From the NCBI GenBank assembly GCA_964649315.1, contig CAZYOU010000002.1, positions 1,379 through 65,378 on the forward strand: a stretch of 64,000 nucleotides of DNA, read 5' to 3'. Shown here one piece after another: positions 29,712-39,451 of this stretch. The position numbers and the translations under genes were made by a program. The notes beneath the pieces are model-generated. The model was not told the DNA's origin. It ran no database searches and saw only the letters and a list, made by a program, of their open reading frames with translations. Position 1 is the stretch's first letter. The number at the start of each line of letters is the position of its first letter. Source of the DNA: an uncultured Stakelama sp. GTDB lineage: Bacteria > Pseudomonadota > Alphaproteobacteria > Sphingomonadales > Sphingomonadaceae.

Positions 29712-30461
29712 CTAGAGCTTGGTCACCAGTGCCTGTGCGGTCTTCATCGCAAGCGGGCGTTCGGGCTTGTCGGCAAAGAACTCGTCAACGGCGCGTCGTG
29801 CACCGGGGCAGGATGCAAATCCGTAATCGTCGAATACGATCGATCCGCCCGAGGTGAGCCGCGGATAGACAAAGCTCAAACAGTCGAGAACGCCCTGATA
29901 CAAATCCAGATCGATATGGGCGAAACAGAATTTGCGATCTTCCAGGCCGGCAAACGTATCAGGCACCCAGCCCTTGCGGTAATGGATGAAGGGTTCGGTG
30001 CCGACAACGGCCTGCACGCCCTCGACAGAGGTATCGGCGAAATCGCCCTTGCTGTGGCGATCGACCTGCGAAACTTTTTCCATCCCTTCAAACGAGTCGA
30101 ACAGGTAGAAATTCTTGTCGGTTCTTGGGCCGATCGCTTCACGGATGAGCTTGGCGGTGCCCCCCTGAAATACGCCGGCTTCCATCACGTCGCCTTCGAC
30201 ATGGAGTGACTGCGAGAGCGCTTGCCAGATTGTCCAGCAACGCTCGATGTCGACGACGGTATAGGGTGAAACGCGGTTGAATAGCGCGACAAAATCAGGT
30301 GCCAACCAGGGCGAAAAATGCGGTGCGTACTGATCCGCGTCGGGAATGTCTTTCACGATCAGCATCTTGTACAACTGACCCCACAAAATTGGCGGTGCCA
30401 AAGACTTCGCTACGCCTACCCAGCGCATACGGGTCGTTCGGAGAGTTACGATTTCCGCCAT
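29712..30461 (-). CDS. TylF/MycF-family O-methyltransferase
   Basis: EAGVFQGG, LFDSFEG, KGW..DT, HIDLDLY, FDDYG; RBS AAAGGTGG before ATG 30461. Confidence 0.88.
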   Translation of the reverse strand: MAEIVTLRTTRMRWVGVAKSLAPPILWGQLYKMLIVKDIPDADQYAPHFSPWLAPDFVALFNRVSPYTVVDIERCWTIWQALSQSLHVEGDVMEAGVFQGGTAKLIREAIGPRTDKNFYLFDSFEGMEKVSQVDRHSKGDFADTSVEGVQAVVGTEPFIHYRKGWVPDTFAGLEDRKFCFAHIDLDLYQGVLDCLSFVYPRLTSGGSIVFDDYGFASCPGARRAVDEFFADKPERPLAMKTAQALVTKL

Positions 30462-30568
30462 TTTCGATCCACCTTTCAACCGTTCGCCTAACACCGATGA
30501 TAACCGCGCGGAAGTCCCCGCACTTTGGGTGTCTGAGGCGTCAATACTGTCCGCTTCTCCGCGCAGCC

Positions 30569-31600
30569 TCAGTCCAGCAGGACCGCAATCGGGACCAGCC
30601 GGTGTGCAGTGTCAGGATAAAGCGCCTGTACATTCGCCGCGATCGCAGGGGCAAAATCGATGCTGTTGAGCAAGACGGTGCGCGGCGTCGTACCCAGATC
30701 GGCGGGGGCCTTTACGGGGCGCCCCAGCAGCGTCGTGCCCTGCTTGGCGGGATCACGATCGATGAAAAAATCGATCCGCGCGGGATCAAAGAAGTTGGCG
30801 AGCATTTCGTCGGTCAGGCTGCCAGCACCCCACACCACGATCCTGTCCTCGCCTGCCAGCGCCGGATGATTGGACAGCAGACCTGCGTCCCAGCTCGGCA
30901 ACGCAAAGGGCCGGGCAACGACACGCAGCGAATCCGCATAACGCGCGTCAAGCCAGGCGTCGGTCGCCGTGGCGACAATCTCAAGCCCTGCATTGGCGAG
31001 CATGCGCGCCAGTGACGTGGCCGAGAAGAAATGCAGGTGCGATCGGTTGTCGTCGATCGGCAGCTTACGGTGCCCGCCCAGATTGGGAACTTCGATGAAG
31101 ATTGCGCCGCCATCGCCCAGAACGTGCCGCATCGCCTGCAACTCGGCGGCCGGGTCTTCAAGATGTTCAAGCACATGCGACATCAGGATCATGTCGAAAC
31201 CCGGTTCAATCGTGCCGGCTGCGATCAATTCGCCCAGCGGGCGCACGTGCAGCTGGTCAAGATGTGCTGCGGCCTGTTCGCCAGCAGGAGACAGCTCGAT
31301 GGCCTCATAGCGCGCGGGTGCCTGTTCGGCGCGGACCATTGCGGCAAGTTCGCCCGTCGCACAGCCGATTTCCAGGATGCGCGCAGCAGGCCTGTTGAAG
31401 GGCGCAAAAAAGGCTACTTGCGATCGCAGTCGATCATCCGACGTACCGAGCGAGCACATTGCTGTTGCGGCATAGCTGAACGGATTGATGTGCGTGCGCC
31501 AACCATGAAAGCAATCGCGGCAATAAGCACGCTCACCCACGGGCGTCGACAGATGGTCAAGCGAGGTGCCGTTACAGACGATGCAATTTGTCGCGCTCAT
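30569..31600 (-). CDS. Class I SAM methyltransferase with N-terminal CxxC...CxxC and a C-terminal Rossmann-like domain
   Basis: CIVC...CRDC, ILEIGCATG, SHVLEH, VWGAG...FIDRDPAKQG. Confidence 0.8.
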   Translation of the reverse strand: MSATNCIVCNGTSLDHLSTPVGERAYCRDCFHGWRTHINPFSYAATAMCSLGTSDDRLRSQVAFFAPFNRPAARILEIGCATGELAAMVRAEQAPARYEAIELSPAGEQAAAHLDQLHVRPLGELIAAGTIEPGFDMILMSHVLEHLEDPAAELQAMRHVLGDGGAIFIEVPNLGGHRKLPIDDNRSHLHFFSATSLARMLANAGLEIVATATDAWLDARYADSLRVVARPFALPSWDAGLLSNHPALAGEDRIVVWGAGSLTDEMLANFFDPARIDFFIDRDPAKQGTTLLGRPVKAPADLGTTPRTVLLNSIDFAPAIAANVQALYPDTAHRLVPIAVLLD

Positions 31601-31697
31601 AAGATGCCTCGGCTGGTGGGAAGATGGCGCGCCTTACGGCTCGCTCCCGTCGAATATGGGATGGGCATTACGGGTGCAAGTCCCGCAGCGCCAGTGC

Positions 31698-33383
31698 TCA
31701 GCGCTCCATGCCGCTGATGGCGATGCCGGTGGAGCCAAGGCCCGCATTGTCGCGCTGGCCAATGATCCGCCCTGCCAACCCGGCTGTCAGGCAATTCGGA
31801 TCGATGGCGGCGATATCAATCGAAAGGTATCGGTTGCCGCCGCGCAGATCGATCCCGGCGGGGAAAGCGCCTGCCTGTCCCTTGATCCGCGCACGCAACT
31901 GGCCATGGGCGCATCCCATCAATGAGATGGCGGGTTGCACCGCCTTCTCGCCCGGATTGTTGATCGCGGCGTCGATCGTGAAATCGCGACATTGCTCGAA
32001 ACTGATCGGGCGGCGAAATCCGATCACTTTGGTGCCGCTGATGCCGATCCCTTCCGCATTCTGGCCATAAATGCCCAGCGCATTGCCGCCATGATCGGCA
32101 TTGAACCAGCCATAAAGCTGGCCGCCGGTGATGCTGATCTGCCCCTTTGACTGATGAACGAAAATCGCAGCCAGCGCGGCTGGCGATGGGCCGACATATG
32201 GGTCGACGATATCGATCGCCGCATAAGCGGAGAGATTGGTCAGCTCGATCCCGGCCGCGCTGCACTGATCGATGATCGGCATCAGGATATGGAGATTGGC
32301 GTGCCCCCCCCGCGGTTGCTCGCCCTTCAGCGATGCCACCATGCCGTCGACCTTGATCCCGATGGCGAGCGTGCTCGTCTCGAAATTCTGGATATAGGTG
32401 TCGGCACACCCGCCCTGTAGATGGGCGCCGATGCTCTCGCGCAAACCCGGCGTTCCACCGGTGCTCGCACCGCAATCGTTCAGGTAAAGCGAGGCATTGC
32501 CCCCCAGAAATGCGACTGGCGTGCGGCCATCAAGATGGAATGCCCAAAAGCTCTGCGCACCGGCCTTGTCCGACGGGCTGGACCGAAAGGCGTGGCAATC
32601 CCGCAAATGGGTATAGACCGCACCCGTGATCGAATAGCCGACCGCGTGTTCGTCCGACGACACGCCCTCGATCAGGCAATCGAACGTGAAGCGGATGCGC
32701 AGCCCCGCTGCCGTCTCCCCGCCACGGGCAAGCGGGGCGGCGCTTCGGGTCAGTTCCATCCAACGTAAATCGACAGCGTGGAGATACTCGTTCACCGTGG
32801 CCGGCGGGCGATCAAAACCCAGCTGAACGACGTCCCGGCTATTGCTGACAATGACGATGCGGGTGCCGCGGTTGGCGCCACCCCAGTTCTTGCCGGTCCC
32901 CCAGATGCGCCGGTTCGGCGTATCGATCTTCCATGTATCGCTGATGAAATAATCGGCAGCACCCAGCATCGTTACCGGATGGGCAGCAACACAGGCGCGG
33001 AGTGCGGCCAGACTGTCGCGCGATGAATCATTGCGCGCCGCCCCCCACCATTCCGGATAAGCCGCAGGAGCACGGCTGCCTGTCATGTCGACGCGGCCGG
33101 GGCCGGTGAATATGTGCCCCACCGGTGCCTGAAAATCGCCCAGCAACGTCAGCGTGCGGCCCGCTGCCACCTCAATCTTGGCACCGGGCATCAGCAGCAC
33201 ATCGGCACGAACCGTCATGTTGCTGGCAACGACATGCTTGCCAGCGGGCAGGGTGATGCCGGGCAGCTTGGCCGCAAGGGCAGGGCTGGTCACTGCCCCG
33301 CTTCCTTGTGCGCAAGTCTCGGTTGACGTCGCCACGAACGCCATTGCCGACATGCGACCAATCAGTTCGCGCCGAGATACCAT
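31698..33383 (-). CDS. Tat-exported pectin-lyase-like beta-helix protein (putative glycanase)
   Basis: MVSRRELIG signal, PEWWGA motif, Gly/Ile/Asn-rich beta-helix repeats. Confidence 0.65.
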   Translation of the reverse strand: MVSRRELIGRMSAMAFVATSTETCAQGSGAVTSPALAAKLPGITLPAGKHVVASNMTVRADVLLMPGAKIEVAAGRTLTLLGDFQAPVGHIFTGPGRVDMTGSRAPAAYPEWWGAARNDSSRDSLAALRACVAAHPVTMLGAADYFISDTWKIDTPNRRIWGTGKNWGGANRGTRIVIVSNSRDVVQLGFDRPPATVNEYLHAVDLRWMELTRSAAPLARGGETAAGLRIRFTFDCLIEGVSSDEHAVGYSITGAVYTHLRDCHAFRSSPSDKAGAQSFWAFHLDGRTPVAFLGGNASLYLNDCGASTGGTPGLRESIGAHLQGGCADTYIQNFETSTLAIGIKVDGMVASLKGEQPRGGHANLHILMPIIDQCSAAGIELTNLSAYAAIDIVDPYVGPSPAALAAIFVHQSKGQISITGGQLYGWFNADHGGNALGIYGQNAEGIGISGTKVIGFRRPISFEQCRDFTIDAAINNPGEKAVQPAISLMGCAHGQLRARIKGQAGAFPAGIDLRGGNRYLSIDIAAIDPNCLTAGLAGRIIGQRDNAGLGSTGIAISGMER

Positions 33384-33402
33384 CAGCTGATCGCCACCAG
33401 CA

Positions 33403-34440
33403 TCACACCAGCGTGTCGCGCATCGCGTCTTCAAACGGCGTCCAGGTCGCGCCCGACTTCATCTTTTCCACCAGATTCGGGTTCGCGATGAAGGCACGGC
33501 CCCAGGTCACTGCGTCGAGCAGCCCTGCGTCGAGCTCCGCATTGGCGTCATCGATTGAAAGCGACGCCCCGCCGATGAGCACGCCGTTCCACAGCGGCCG
33601 CACCATCCGAACGATCCGCCCGGCGGTGTCAGCATAAACCGAATTGGCGCAGCTGATGTCGAGCGCCTTCAGGCCAAGGCTTTGGACGGCAGGGATGAAA
33701 TAGGCGATCATCGCGTCCAGATCGGGCCAGTCATAAATACCGCCCATGAAGCGTGACGGCGAAATGCGCGCAATCACGCGTTCGGCCGGTACCACCTTCA
33801 GCACCTGTTCGATCAGCTCGAGCGTGAACCGGCAGCGATTTTCCACCGAGCCGCCATAATTGTCGGTGCGATCATTGACGCGCGCATCAAGGAACTGATC
33901 GGCGAGATAGCCATGCCCGGTGTGCAGTTCGACCGCATCGAACCCAATATCGATCGCGCGGCGCGCGGCATCGGCGAAATATCCATAGATGGTCGGCATC
34001 TCGTCAGGGGTCAGCGCGCGGGGCTCGCCATAGGGCTTGCCGTTCTGGCGGTTGATGCCGGTAGCTGCAACATTGGTCGAGCTCACCGGTTGCACGACGG
34101 TGTAATCCTCGTGCGAGATGCGACCGGTGTGCCAGAGCTGGCAGGCAATCGCGCCGCCCTCTGCATGCACCGCGTCGACTACAGGCCGCCAGCTTTCGGC
34201 ATGCGCATCGGTGGCAATGTAGGGGGCATTGTTCCACCCATCACCGCTCTGGTGCACCAGCGTACCTTCGGTCAGGATCAGGCCAGCCCCGCCCGCTGCA
34301 CGGCGCTGGTAATAATCGCGCATTTCAGGTGTGGCGTGATGACCTTCGGCAGCAAAGCCGCGGCTCATCGCCGACATGACGGTGCGGTTGCGCAACCGGA
34401 TGAAATCAGGGCGATCGAGCGGATCGAACAAGGTGGTCAT
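33403..34440 (-). CDS. Old Yellow Enzyme family flavin oxidoreductase
   Basis: YYQRRA..GAGLILTEG, QLWHTGR, ELHTGHGYL.DQF, RTD.YGGSVENR, GRAFIANP; ATG 34440 overlaps the upstream stop. Confidence 0.92.
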   Translation of the reverse strand: MTTLFDPLDRPDFIRLRNRTVMSAMSRGFAAEGHHATPEMRDYYQRRAAGGAGLILTEGTLVHQSGDGWNNAPYIATDAHAESWRPVVDAVHAEGGAIACQLWHTGRISHEDYTVVQPVSSTNVAATGINRQNGKPYGEPRALTPDEMPTIYGYFADAARRAIDIGFDAVELHTGHGYLADQFLDARVNDRTDNYGGSVENRCRFTLELIEQVLKVVPAERVIARISPSRFMGGIYDWPDLDAMIAYFIPAVQSLGLKALDISCANSVYADTAGRIVRMVRPLWNGVLIGGASLSIDDANAELDAGLLDAVTWGRAFIANPNLVEKMKSGATWTPFEDAMRDTLV

Positions 34441-35351
34441 GCTTTTGGCTCCAGGCGATATTGATCGAAAAATGGGTCGTCGAGATAGGCGTGCAGCGTT
34501 GACTGCCACGGGCGCTGCAGATTGGCATTCTCGCGCGTCAGCCGGTCACAGCTGAGCACCGCGATGTCGGGGCGGCGGCCGAGCTCGCTTTGTGAGACGA
34601 GCGAGGCATCGACGGGCACAATCTCAAAATGCCCTTTCCACCCAAGCGCGATCGTAATTTCATGCGCCAGATCGGCAAAGCTCGCTTGGCCCACACAGGC
34701 CATCTGATAGCTGCCCGTTGCCCCCTTGGCGATCAGGTGCAGCGAATTGATCGCAAGGTCGCGCGTCCAGGTCGGCTGCCACACGCGGTCCCCGACATTG
34801 AAGTGCGTTTCGCCGCGCTGCAGTGCTGCCCACATCACGGGGATGATACGGCCAACGAAATTCTTGTCGGCAGCCCCGCCACCGAAAAACCCTGCCATGC
34901 GGACGATCAGCGCATCGGGCAACCGCTCCGTGATGACCTTTTCGGCTTCGTATTTGAGCTCGCCGTAAAAAGATAACGGCCGCGGCGTCTCGTCTTCGGG
35001 GATGGGATTGGTGCGGCCGTCATAGGTCAGGAAGGATTGCGGATAGAGCAGGCGGGCATTGCTGCGCACGGCGAGATCGACAATGTTACGCGTACCTTCA
35101 ACGATCGTGCGCCGCGCCGCGTCCGGCTCGCGCGCGCATCCTTCAACATCGACGCGGGCGGCGCAGTGGATGATCCAACCGCCCTGAACCCAGGAGTCCC
35201 AGCGCGCCACCTGATCGGGATCGGTTGCATCCAATTCATCGCGTCCGGGCGCGCGTACTTCAAGCTTCGGTGATCGAGACGCTTCCTCGAACAGCGCCGA
35301 TCCCAGCATGCCCTTGCCACCGGTTACCAGAATGCGAGTCTTTTCGGGCAC
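34437..35351 (-). CDS. RmlD-like NDP-4-keto-sugar reductase (SDR)
   Basis: VTGGKGMLG, HCAA...V..C, YGELK, RPDIAVL; GTG 35351 after RBS GAAGGAG. Confidence 0.85.
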   Translation of the reverse strand: MPEKTRILVTGGKGMLGSALFEEASRSPKLEVRAPGRDELDATDPDQVARWDSWVQGGWIIHCAARVDVEGCAREPDAARRTIVEGTRNIVDLAVRSNARLLYPQSFLTYDGRTNPIPEDETPRPLSFYGELKYEAEKVITERLPDALIVRMAGFFGGGAADKNFVGRIIPVMWAALQRGETHFNVGDRVWQPTWTRDLAINSLHLIAKGATGSYQMACVGQASFADLAHEITIALGWKGHFEIVPVDASLVSQSELGRRPDIAVLSCDRLTRENANLQRPWQSTLHAYLDDPFFDQYRLEPKA

Positions 35352-35542
35352 TGATGATCTCTCCTTCTTCGTATTGCAGCCAAGCCCCGTGACGATGGCA
35401 GGCTCGCTGCCATTTCCGCCAATCAAGCCGCGCTAGGGTTATTGACGATGTGTGTGGGGGAAACAGGCCACCGCTGAACGCCGATTTTCGTTTTGCCTAG
35501 CAGCAGCCCGGGTAAAGCGGCAAGGGGAGCAGCAGCCCGAGA

Positions 35543-36400
35543 TCAATTCACCCCGCTGCTTTTCACGAGCGCGTCGATCGCCAGCAATCGCTCGAGCAGC
35601 GCTTCGGCCTGATCGAGCGGGATGGCGTTGGGGCCGTCGGATTTCGCATTGTCGGGGTCGGGGTGCATTTCCATGAACAGGCCCGAAATGCCGACCGATA
35701 CCGCCGCGCGCGCCAATGGGGCGACGAATTCGCGCTGGCCGCCGCTCGTCGTGCCCATGCCGCCGGGCAGCTGCACCGAATGGGTGGCGTCGAACACCAC
35801 CGGGCAGCCGGTCGCCCGCATGATCACCAGCCCGCGCATGTCGGAAACGAGGTTGTTATAGCCAAAGCTCGCCCCGCGATCAGTGACCAATAGTGGCGCG
35901 GCAACGCCCGCTTCGGCAGCAGCGGTGCGCGCTTTGGCGGCGACATGGATCATGTCCCCGGGCGCCATGAACTGGCCTTTCTTGATGTTCGCAGCCTTGC
36001 CGCAGGTGGCGACCGCTTCGATCAAGTCGGTCTGCCGCGCGAGGAAGGCGGGGGTTTGCAGCACATCGACCACGCTGGCGACGGCGCTCACCTGCGCGGT
36101 TTCGTGGACATCGGTCAGCACCGGCATCCCCACTTCGCGCCGCACCTTTTCGAGAATGCGCAGCCCTTCCTCAAGGCCAGGCCCGCGAAACGAGCTGCCC
36201 GAGGTGCGGTTCGCCTTGTCGAACGAGCTTTTGTAGATGATCAGGATGCCCAGCCGCTCAGCCATGCCCTTCAGCGTCTCGGCGGTCGAGAGCGCCATCG
36301 CCTCGCTTTCGATCACGCACGGTCCGGCGATCAGGAACAGCGGCTGATCGATGCCGACCGCGCGGCCGCAGAGGTGAGTGGTCTGGTCCGTCATCATCAT
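35543..36400 (-). CDS. kdsA: Kdo-8-phosphate synthase
   Basis: [47 protein letters not shown]. Confidence 0.96.
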   Translation of the reverse strand: MMMTDQTTHLCGRAVGIDQPLFLIAGPCVIESEAMALSTAETLKGMAERLGILIIYKSSFDKANRTSGSSFRGPGLEEGLRILEKVRREVGMPVLTDVHETAQVSAVASVVDVLQTPAFLARQTDLIEAVATCGKAANIKKGQFMAPGDMIHVAAKARTAAAEAGVAAPLLVTDRGASFGYNNLVSDMRGLVIMRATGCPVVFDATHSVQLPGGMGTTSGGQREFVAPLARAAVSVGISGLFMEMHPDPDNAKSDGPNAIPLDQAEALLERLLAIDALVKSSGVN

Positions 36401-37212
36401 CCTGCGCTGCGCTGTGAGAGTATAGCCTCGATAAACGGGATATCCTCGGGGTTGTTGAGTTCCCAAAGGTCATGGCCCGGATCGCGCACCTCGACAATGC
36501 GGATCGGCTTGCCGGCCTCCAGAAAGCGGAGCTGCTCCAGCCCTTCGAGCAGCTCGAGCGCGCCGACCGGTAGACCGGCATAGCCACGCAGCGCCGGCAC
36601 GCGGTACGCATAGACGCCGATGTGAAAAAACAGCGGCAGCGTCGGATCACCAATGCGTGCGGGCGGCAGATGCGGGATGACCGATTTGGAAAAATAGAGC
36701 GCGTTCAGATCATACCCGAACGTCACCGTGGTGCCACCGACGCGTCCTTCGCGCTGATCGCCGATCAGGCGGCGCTGGACTTCGGGGGAGGCGCGGATAA
36801 TCGGTGTGGCCACCTCAATCGCTGGATCAGCGACCATCGCTGCGATCAGCGCCTCGATCACGAAAGGCGGCGTCAGCAGCGCGTCGCCCTGAAAATTGAC
36901 GACGATATCGGGCAGCTCAGACAGTGCATCCAGTGCGGCGGCGCAGCGTTCGGTGCCATTCGCGCAGCTTTCGGGCGTCATGAGTACCGATGCGCCTGCC
37001 GCCGCCGCTGCCTCGGCGATGAGCGCGTGATCGGTTGCAACATGCACGCTGGCCACACCCGGCACCGCGCGGGCGGCATCGAGCGTCCATTCGATCAGGG
37101 GTTTCGAAACGCCCGCCGCACCCCGCAACAGGGCGAGCGGCTTGGCCGGATAGCGGGTCGATGCGTAGCGCGACGGAATGATGATCGCGACCTGCGCGGG
37201 CGTGTTCGTCAT
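36397..37212 (-). CDS. kdsB: CMP-Kdo synthetase (KdsB/KpsU)
   Basis: [37 protein letters not shown]. Confidence 0.93.
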   Translation of the reverse strand: MTNTPAQVAIIIPSRYASTRYPAKPLALLRGAAGVSKPLIEWTLDAARAVPGVASVHVATDHALIAEAAAAAGASVLMTPESCANGTERCAAALDALSELPDIVVNFQGDALLTPPFVIEALIAAMVADPAIEVATPIIRASPEVQRRLIGDQREGRVGGTTVTFGYDLNALYFSKSVIPHLPPARIGDPTLPLFFHIGVYAYRVPALRGYAGLPVGALELLEGLEQLRFLEAGKPIRIVEVRDPGHDLWELNNPEDIPFIEAILSQRSAG

Positions 37213-37230
37213 GGCACTGGCCGCCGCGTA

Positions 37231-38241
37231 TCAGAGCCGCGACGCGCGCAGGATATCGTGGATGTGGATCAGACCGACCGGCAGCCCCGGGTTAAGCGCA
37301 TGGGTAACGAACAGCGACGTGATCTTGCTGGTTTCCATCGTCTCGAGCACATCCTCCGCAAAGGCTGACGCATCGATCGTTGCGGGGCCGCGCGTCATCA
37401 CCTCGGCGGCGGTCGATTCGAGCAGCCGGTCGGCATGACGGCGCAAATCGCCATCGGTGATGATCCCGATCAGCAGCCCATCGGCATCGACGATACCCGC
37501 GACGCCAAAGCTGTGCGCGGTCATTTTCAGGATCACGTCGCGCATCGGCGTTTCCGGCAGCACCAGCGGCAGTTCGTCCTGCCCGTGCATCAGCGCGGAT
37601 ACGCGGGTCAGCCGCTGGCCGATATTGCCGCCCGGGTGCAGCGTGTTCAGCTTGGTGCGCGATACGCCACGCAGGTTCATCAGCGCGATCGCGAGCGCAT
37701 CGCCGATCGCCAGCATCATGATCGCCGATGTGGTGGGGGAGATATTCTCAGGGCAGGCCTCCCGCACCGTCGGCAGCACCAGCCGTACATCGGCCTGCCG
37801 CATGATCGTGGACGTGGGCTTCGATCCGATGCCGACCACGGTGATCGCGTTGTCCGCGGCATAGGTCATCAGATGCTTCAGCTCGCGCGTCTCGCCCGAC
37901 AGCGACAGTAGCAACAATGTGTCGCCGGGCATGATCATGCCGAGGTCGCCATGCCCTGCTTCGGCGGCATGCACGAAAAAAGCGGGGGTGCCGGTGGAGG
38001 CGAAGCTCGCGGCGATCTTGCGGCCGACATGGCCGGATTTGCCGATGCCCGACACGACCACACGGCCCTGCGTCGCCATCAGCGCTTCGACCGCGGCGAC
38101 GAAACTGTCGTCCAGCGCGTTGCTGAGCGATGCGAGCGCGACCGCCTCGTCGCTAATCACTCCGCGTCCAAAGCCGAGAATTTGTTGACCCCGCGCCGCA
38201 ATAGCGTCGCTCGCCCCAATGGCGCGTTCCATTGCCAACAT
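37231..38241 (-). CDS. kpsF: Arabinose-5-phosphate isomerase (KpsF/GutQ/KdsD), SIS plus CBS domains
   Basis: GIGKSGHVG.KIAASFASTGTP, EA.HGDLG, HPGG, ITDGDLRR. Start uncertain (38241 or 38232). Confidence 0.9.
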   Translation of the reverse strand: MLAMERAIGASDAIAARGQQILGFGRGVISDEAVALASLSNALDDSFVAAVEALMATQGRVVVSGIGKSGHVGRKIAASFASTGTPAFFVHAAEAGHGDLGMIMPGDTLLLLSLSGETRELKHLMTYAADNAITVVGIGSKPTSTIMRQADVRLVLPTVREACPENISPTTSAIMMLAIGDALAIALMNLRGVSRTKLNTLHPGGNIGQRLTRVSALMHGQDELPLVLPETPMRDVILKMTAHSFGVAGIVDADGLLIGIITDGDLRRHADRLLESTAAEVMTRGPATIDASAFAEDVLETMETSKITSLFVTHALNPGLPVGLIHIHDILRASRL

Positions 38242-38446
38242 CGATCTGCCCCCCACCACGTTTTCTACACCGAAAACGCCGCACATTTAACCCCGCTTTG
38301 TGGTCGTCGATCAGCCTTCACCATGCAAGCAGGATTGGCCTATCCGAGCCAATTCTGCGCGAGATGCTGAGTTTTTTGCGCCAAGCCGAGGGGGGTAGCC
38401 GGTAAACACGAGGCGGGTAGGGCGGTCGCGCGACGACTCGGGCGAC

Positions 38447-39277
38447 TCAGTCGTTCCCGCCAATCAAATCGCCCAGCCCGCCCAGCACCGATCCCTCACC
38501 ACGATTGCCGCCGCGTCCGCCTGCTGCCGCCAGCATTCGCCCGGCAAGGCGCGAGAAGGGCAGCGACTGGATCCACACCTTGCCCGGCCCGGTCAGCCGC
38601 GCAAAAAACAGCCCTTCGCCGCCGAACAACACGCTGCGGACGCCGCCTGCGGTCACCAGATCGAAATCGACGCTGGGGGTATAGGCGGCCAGGCACCCGG
38701 TATCGACATGAAGCTGCTCGCCGGGTTGCAAAATGCGCTCGACCACGGTGCCACCCATCTGGACGAACACCCAGCCATCGCCGTCCAGCTTCTGCATGAT
38801 GAAGCCCTCGCCGCCGAACAGCCCGGTCATCACCTTGCGCTGGAACGCAATGCCGATCGACACGCCCTTGGCCGCCGCCAGAAACGCATCCTTCTGGCAG
38901 ATCAGCGTGCCGCCCAGATCGGACAGCTTGATCGGCAGGATCGCGCCCGGCGTGGGGGCGGCAAAGGCAACGCGCGCCTTGCCGGTGCCGTTATGCGTGA
39001 ACACGGTGGTGAACAGGCTTTCCCCTGTCACCAGTCGTTTGCCCGCACCGAGCAGCTTACCCATGAACCCGCCACCCGCATCGCCGCTGCCGTCGCCGAA
39101 CACCGTCGTCATGCCGATCGACGCGTCCTTCCACACAAAGGCACCGGCTTCCGCGACCGCGCTCTCGCCCGGATCGAGCTCGATCTCGACGAACTGGAGT
39201 TCCTGACCCTTGATCTCGAAATCGATATCGTCGGCCACACCTGCGGATCGGCTATGCTGCCAGGGGCTCTGCGTCAT
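38447..39277 (-). CDS. TIGR00266/AIM24-family protein
   Basis: LDPGESAVAEAG, GESLF, CQKDAFLAA, FGGEGF, QSLPFSRLA. Confidence 0.9.
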   Translation of the reverse strand: MTQSPWQHSRSAGVADDIDFEIKGQELQFVEIELDPGESAVAEAGAFVWKDASIGMTTVFGDGSGDAGGGFMGKLLGAGKRLVTGESLFTTVFTHNGTGKARVAFAAPTPGAILPIKLSDLGGTLICQKDAFLAAAKGVSIGIAFQRKVMTGLFGGEGFIMQKLDGDGWVFVQMGGTVVERILQPGEQLHVDTGCLAAYTPSVDFDLVTAGGVRSVLFGGEGLFFARLTGPGKVWIQSLPFSRLAGRMLAAAGGRGGNRGEGSVLGGLGDLIGGND

Positions 39278-39388
39278 CGGGAAATCCTCCGTTGTGGGCT
39301 GTGGGGATTATAGCCGGGCAGGGGAGATTCGCCACTAGGGCAAATGGGTAGGGTGGCAGGAGAGGGAGTTAACAGGGGGCGCGAACTT

Positions 39389-39416
39389 ATGTCCGGTTCT
39401 GCCCTCAAGCGGACAT
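39389..39416. repeat. 28-bp imperfect palindrome (11-6-11), site 1
   Basis: ATGTCCGGTTC TGCCCT CAAGCGGACAT; arms complementary at 9/11. Confidence 0.75.
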
Positions 39417-39423
39417 TCTGAGC

Positions 39424-39451
39424 GGGTCCGTTATTGATCCCCGACGGACGT
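39424..39451. repeat. 28-bp site 1b, overlapping the orphan ORF stop codon
   Basis: GGGTCCGTTAT TGATCC CCGACGGACGT; same GTCCG-N14-CGGAC geometry as site 1. Confidence 0.6.

Noticed and set aside
33403-34440. OYE as the missing E3 reductase for RfbH
   Set aside because: E3 is an FAD/[2Fe-2S] one-electron carrier. This OYE has no Fe-S motif, and the family performs hydride transfer.
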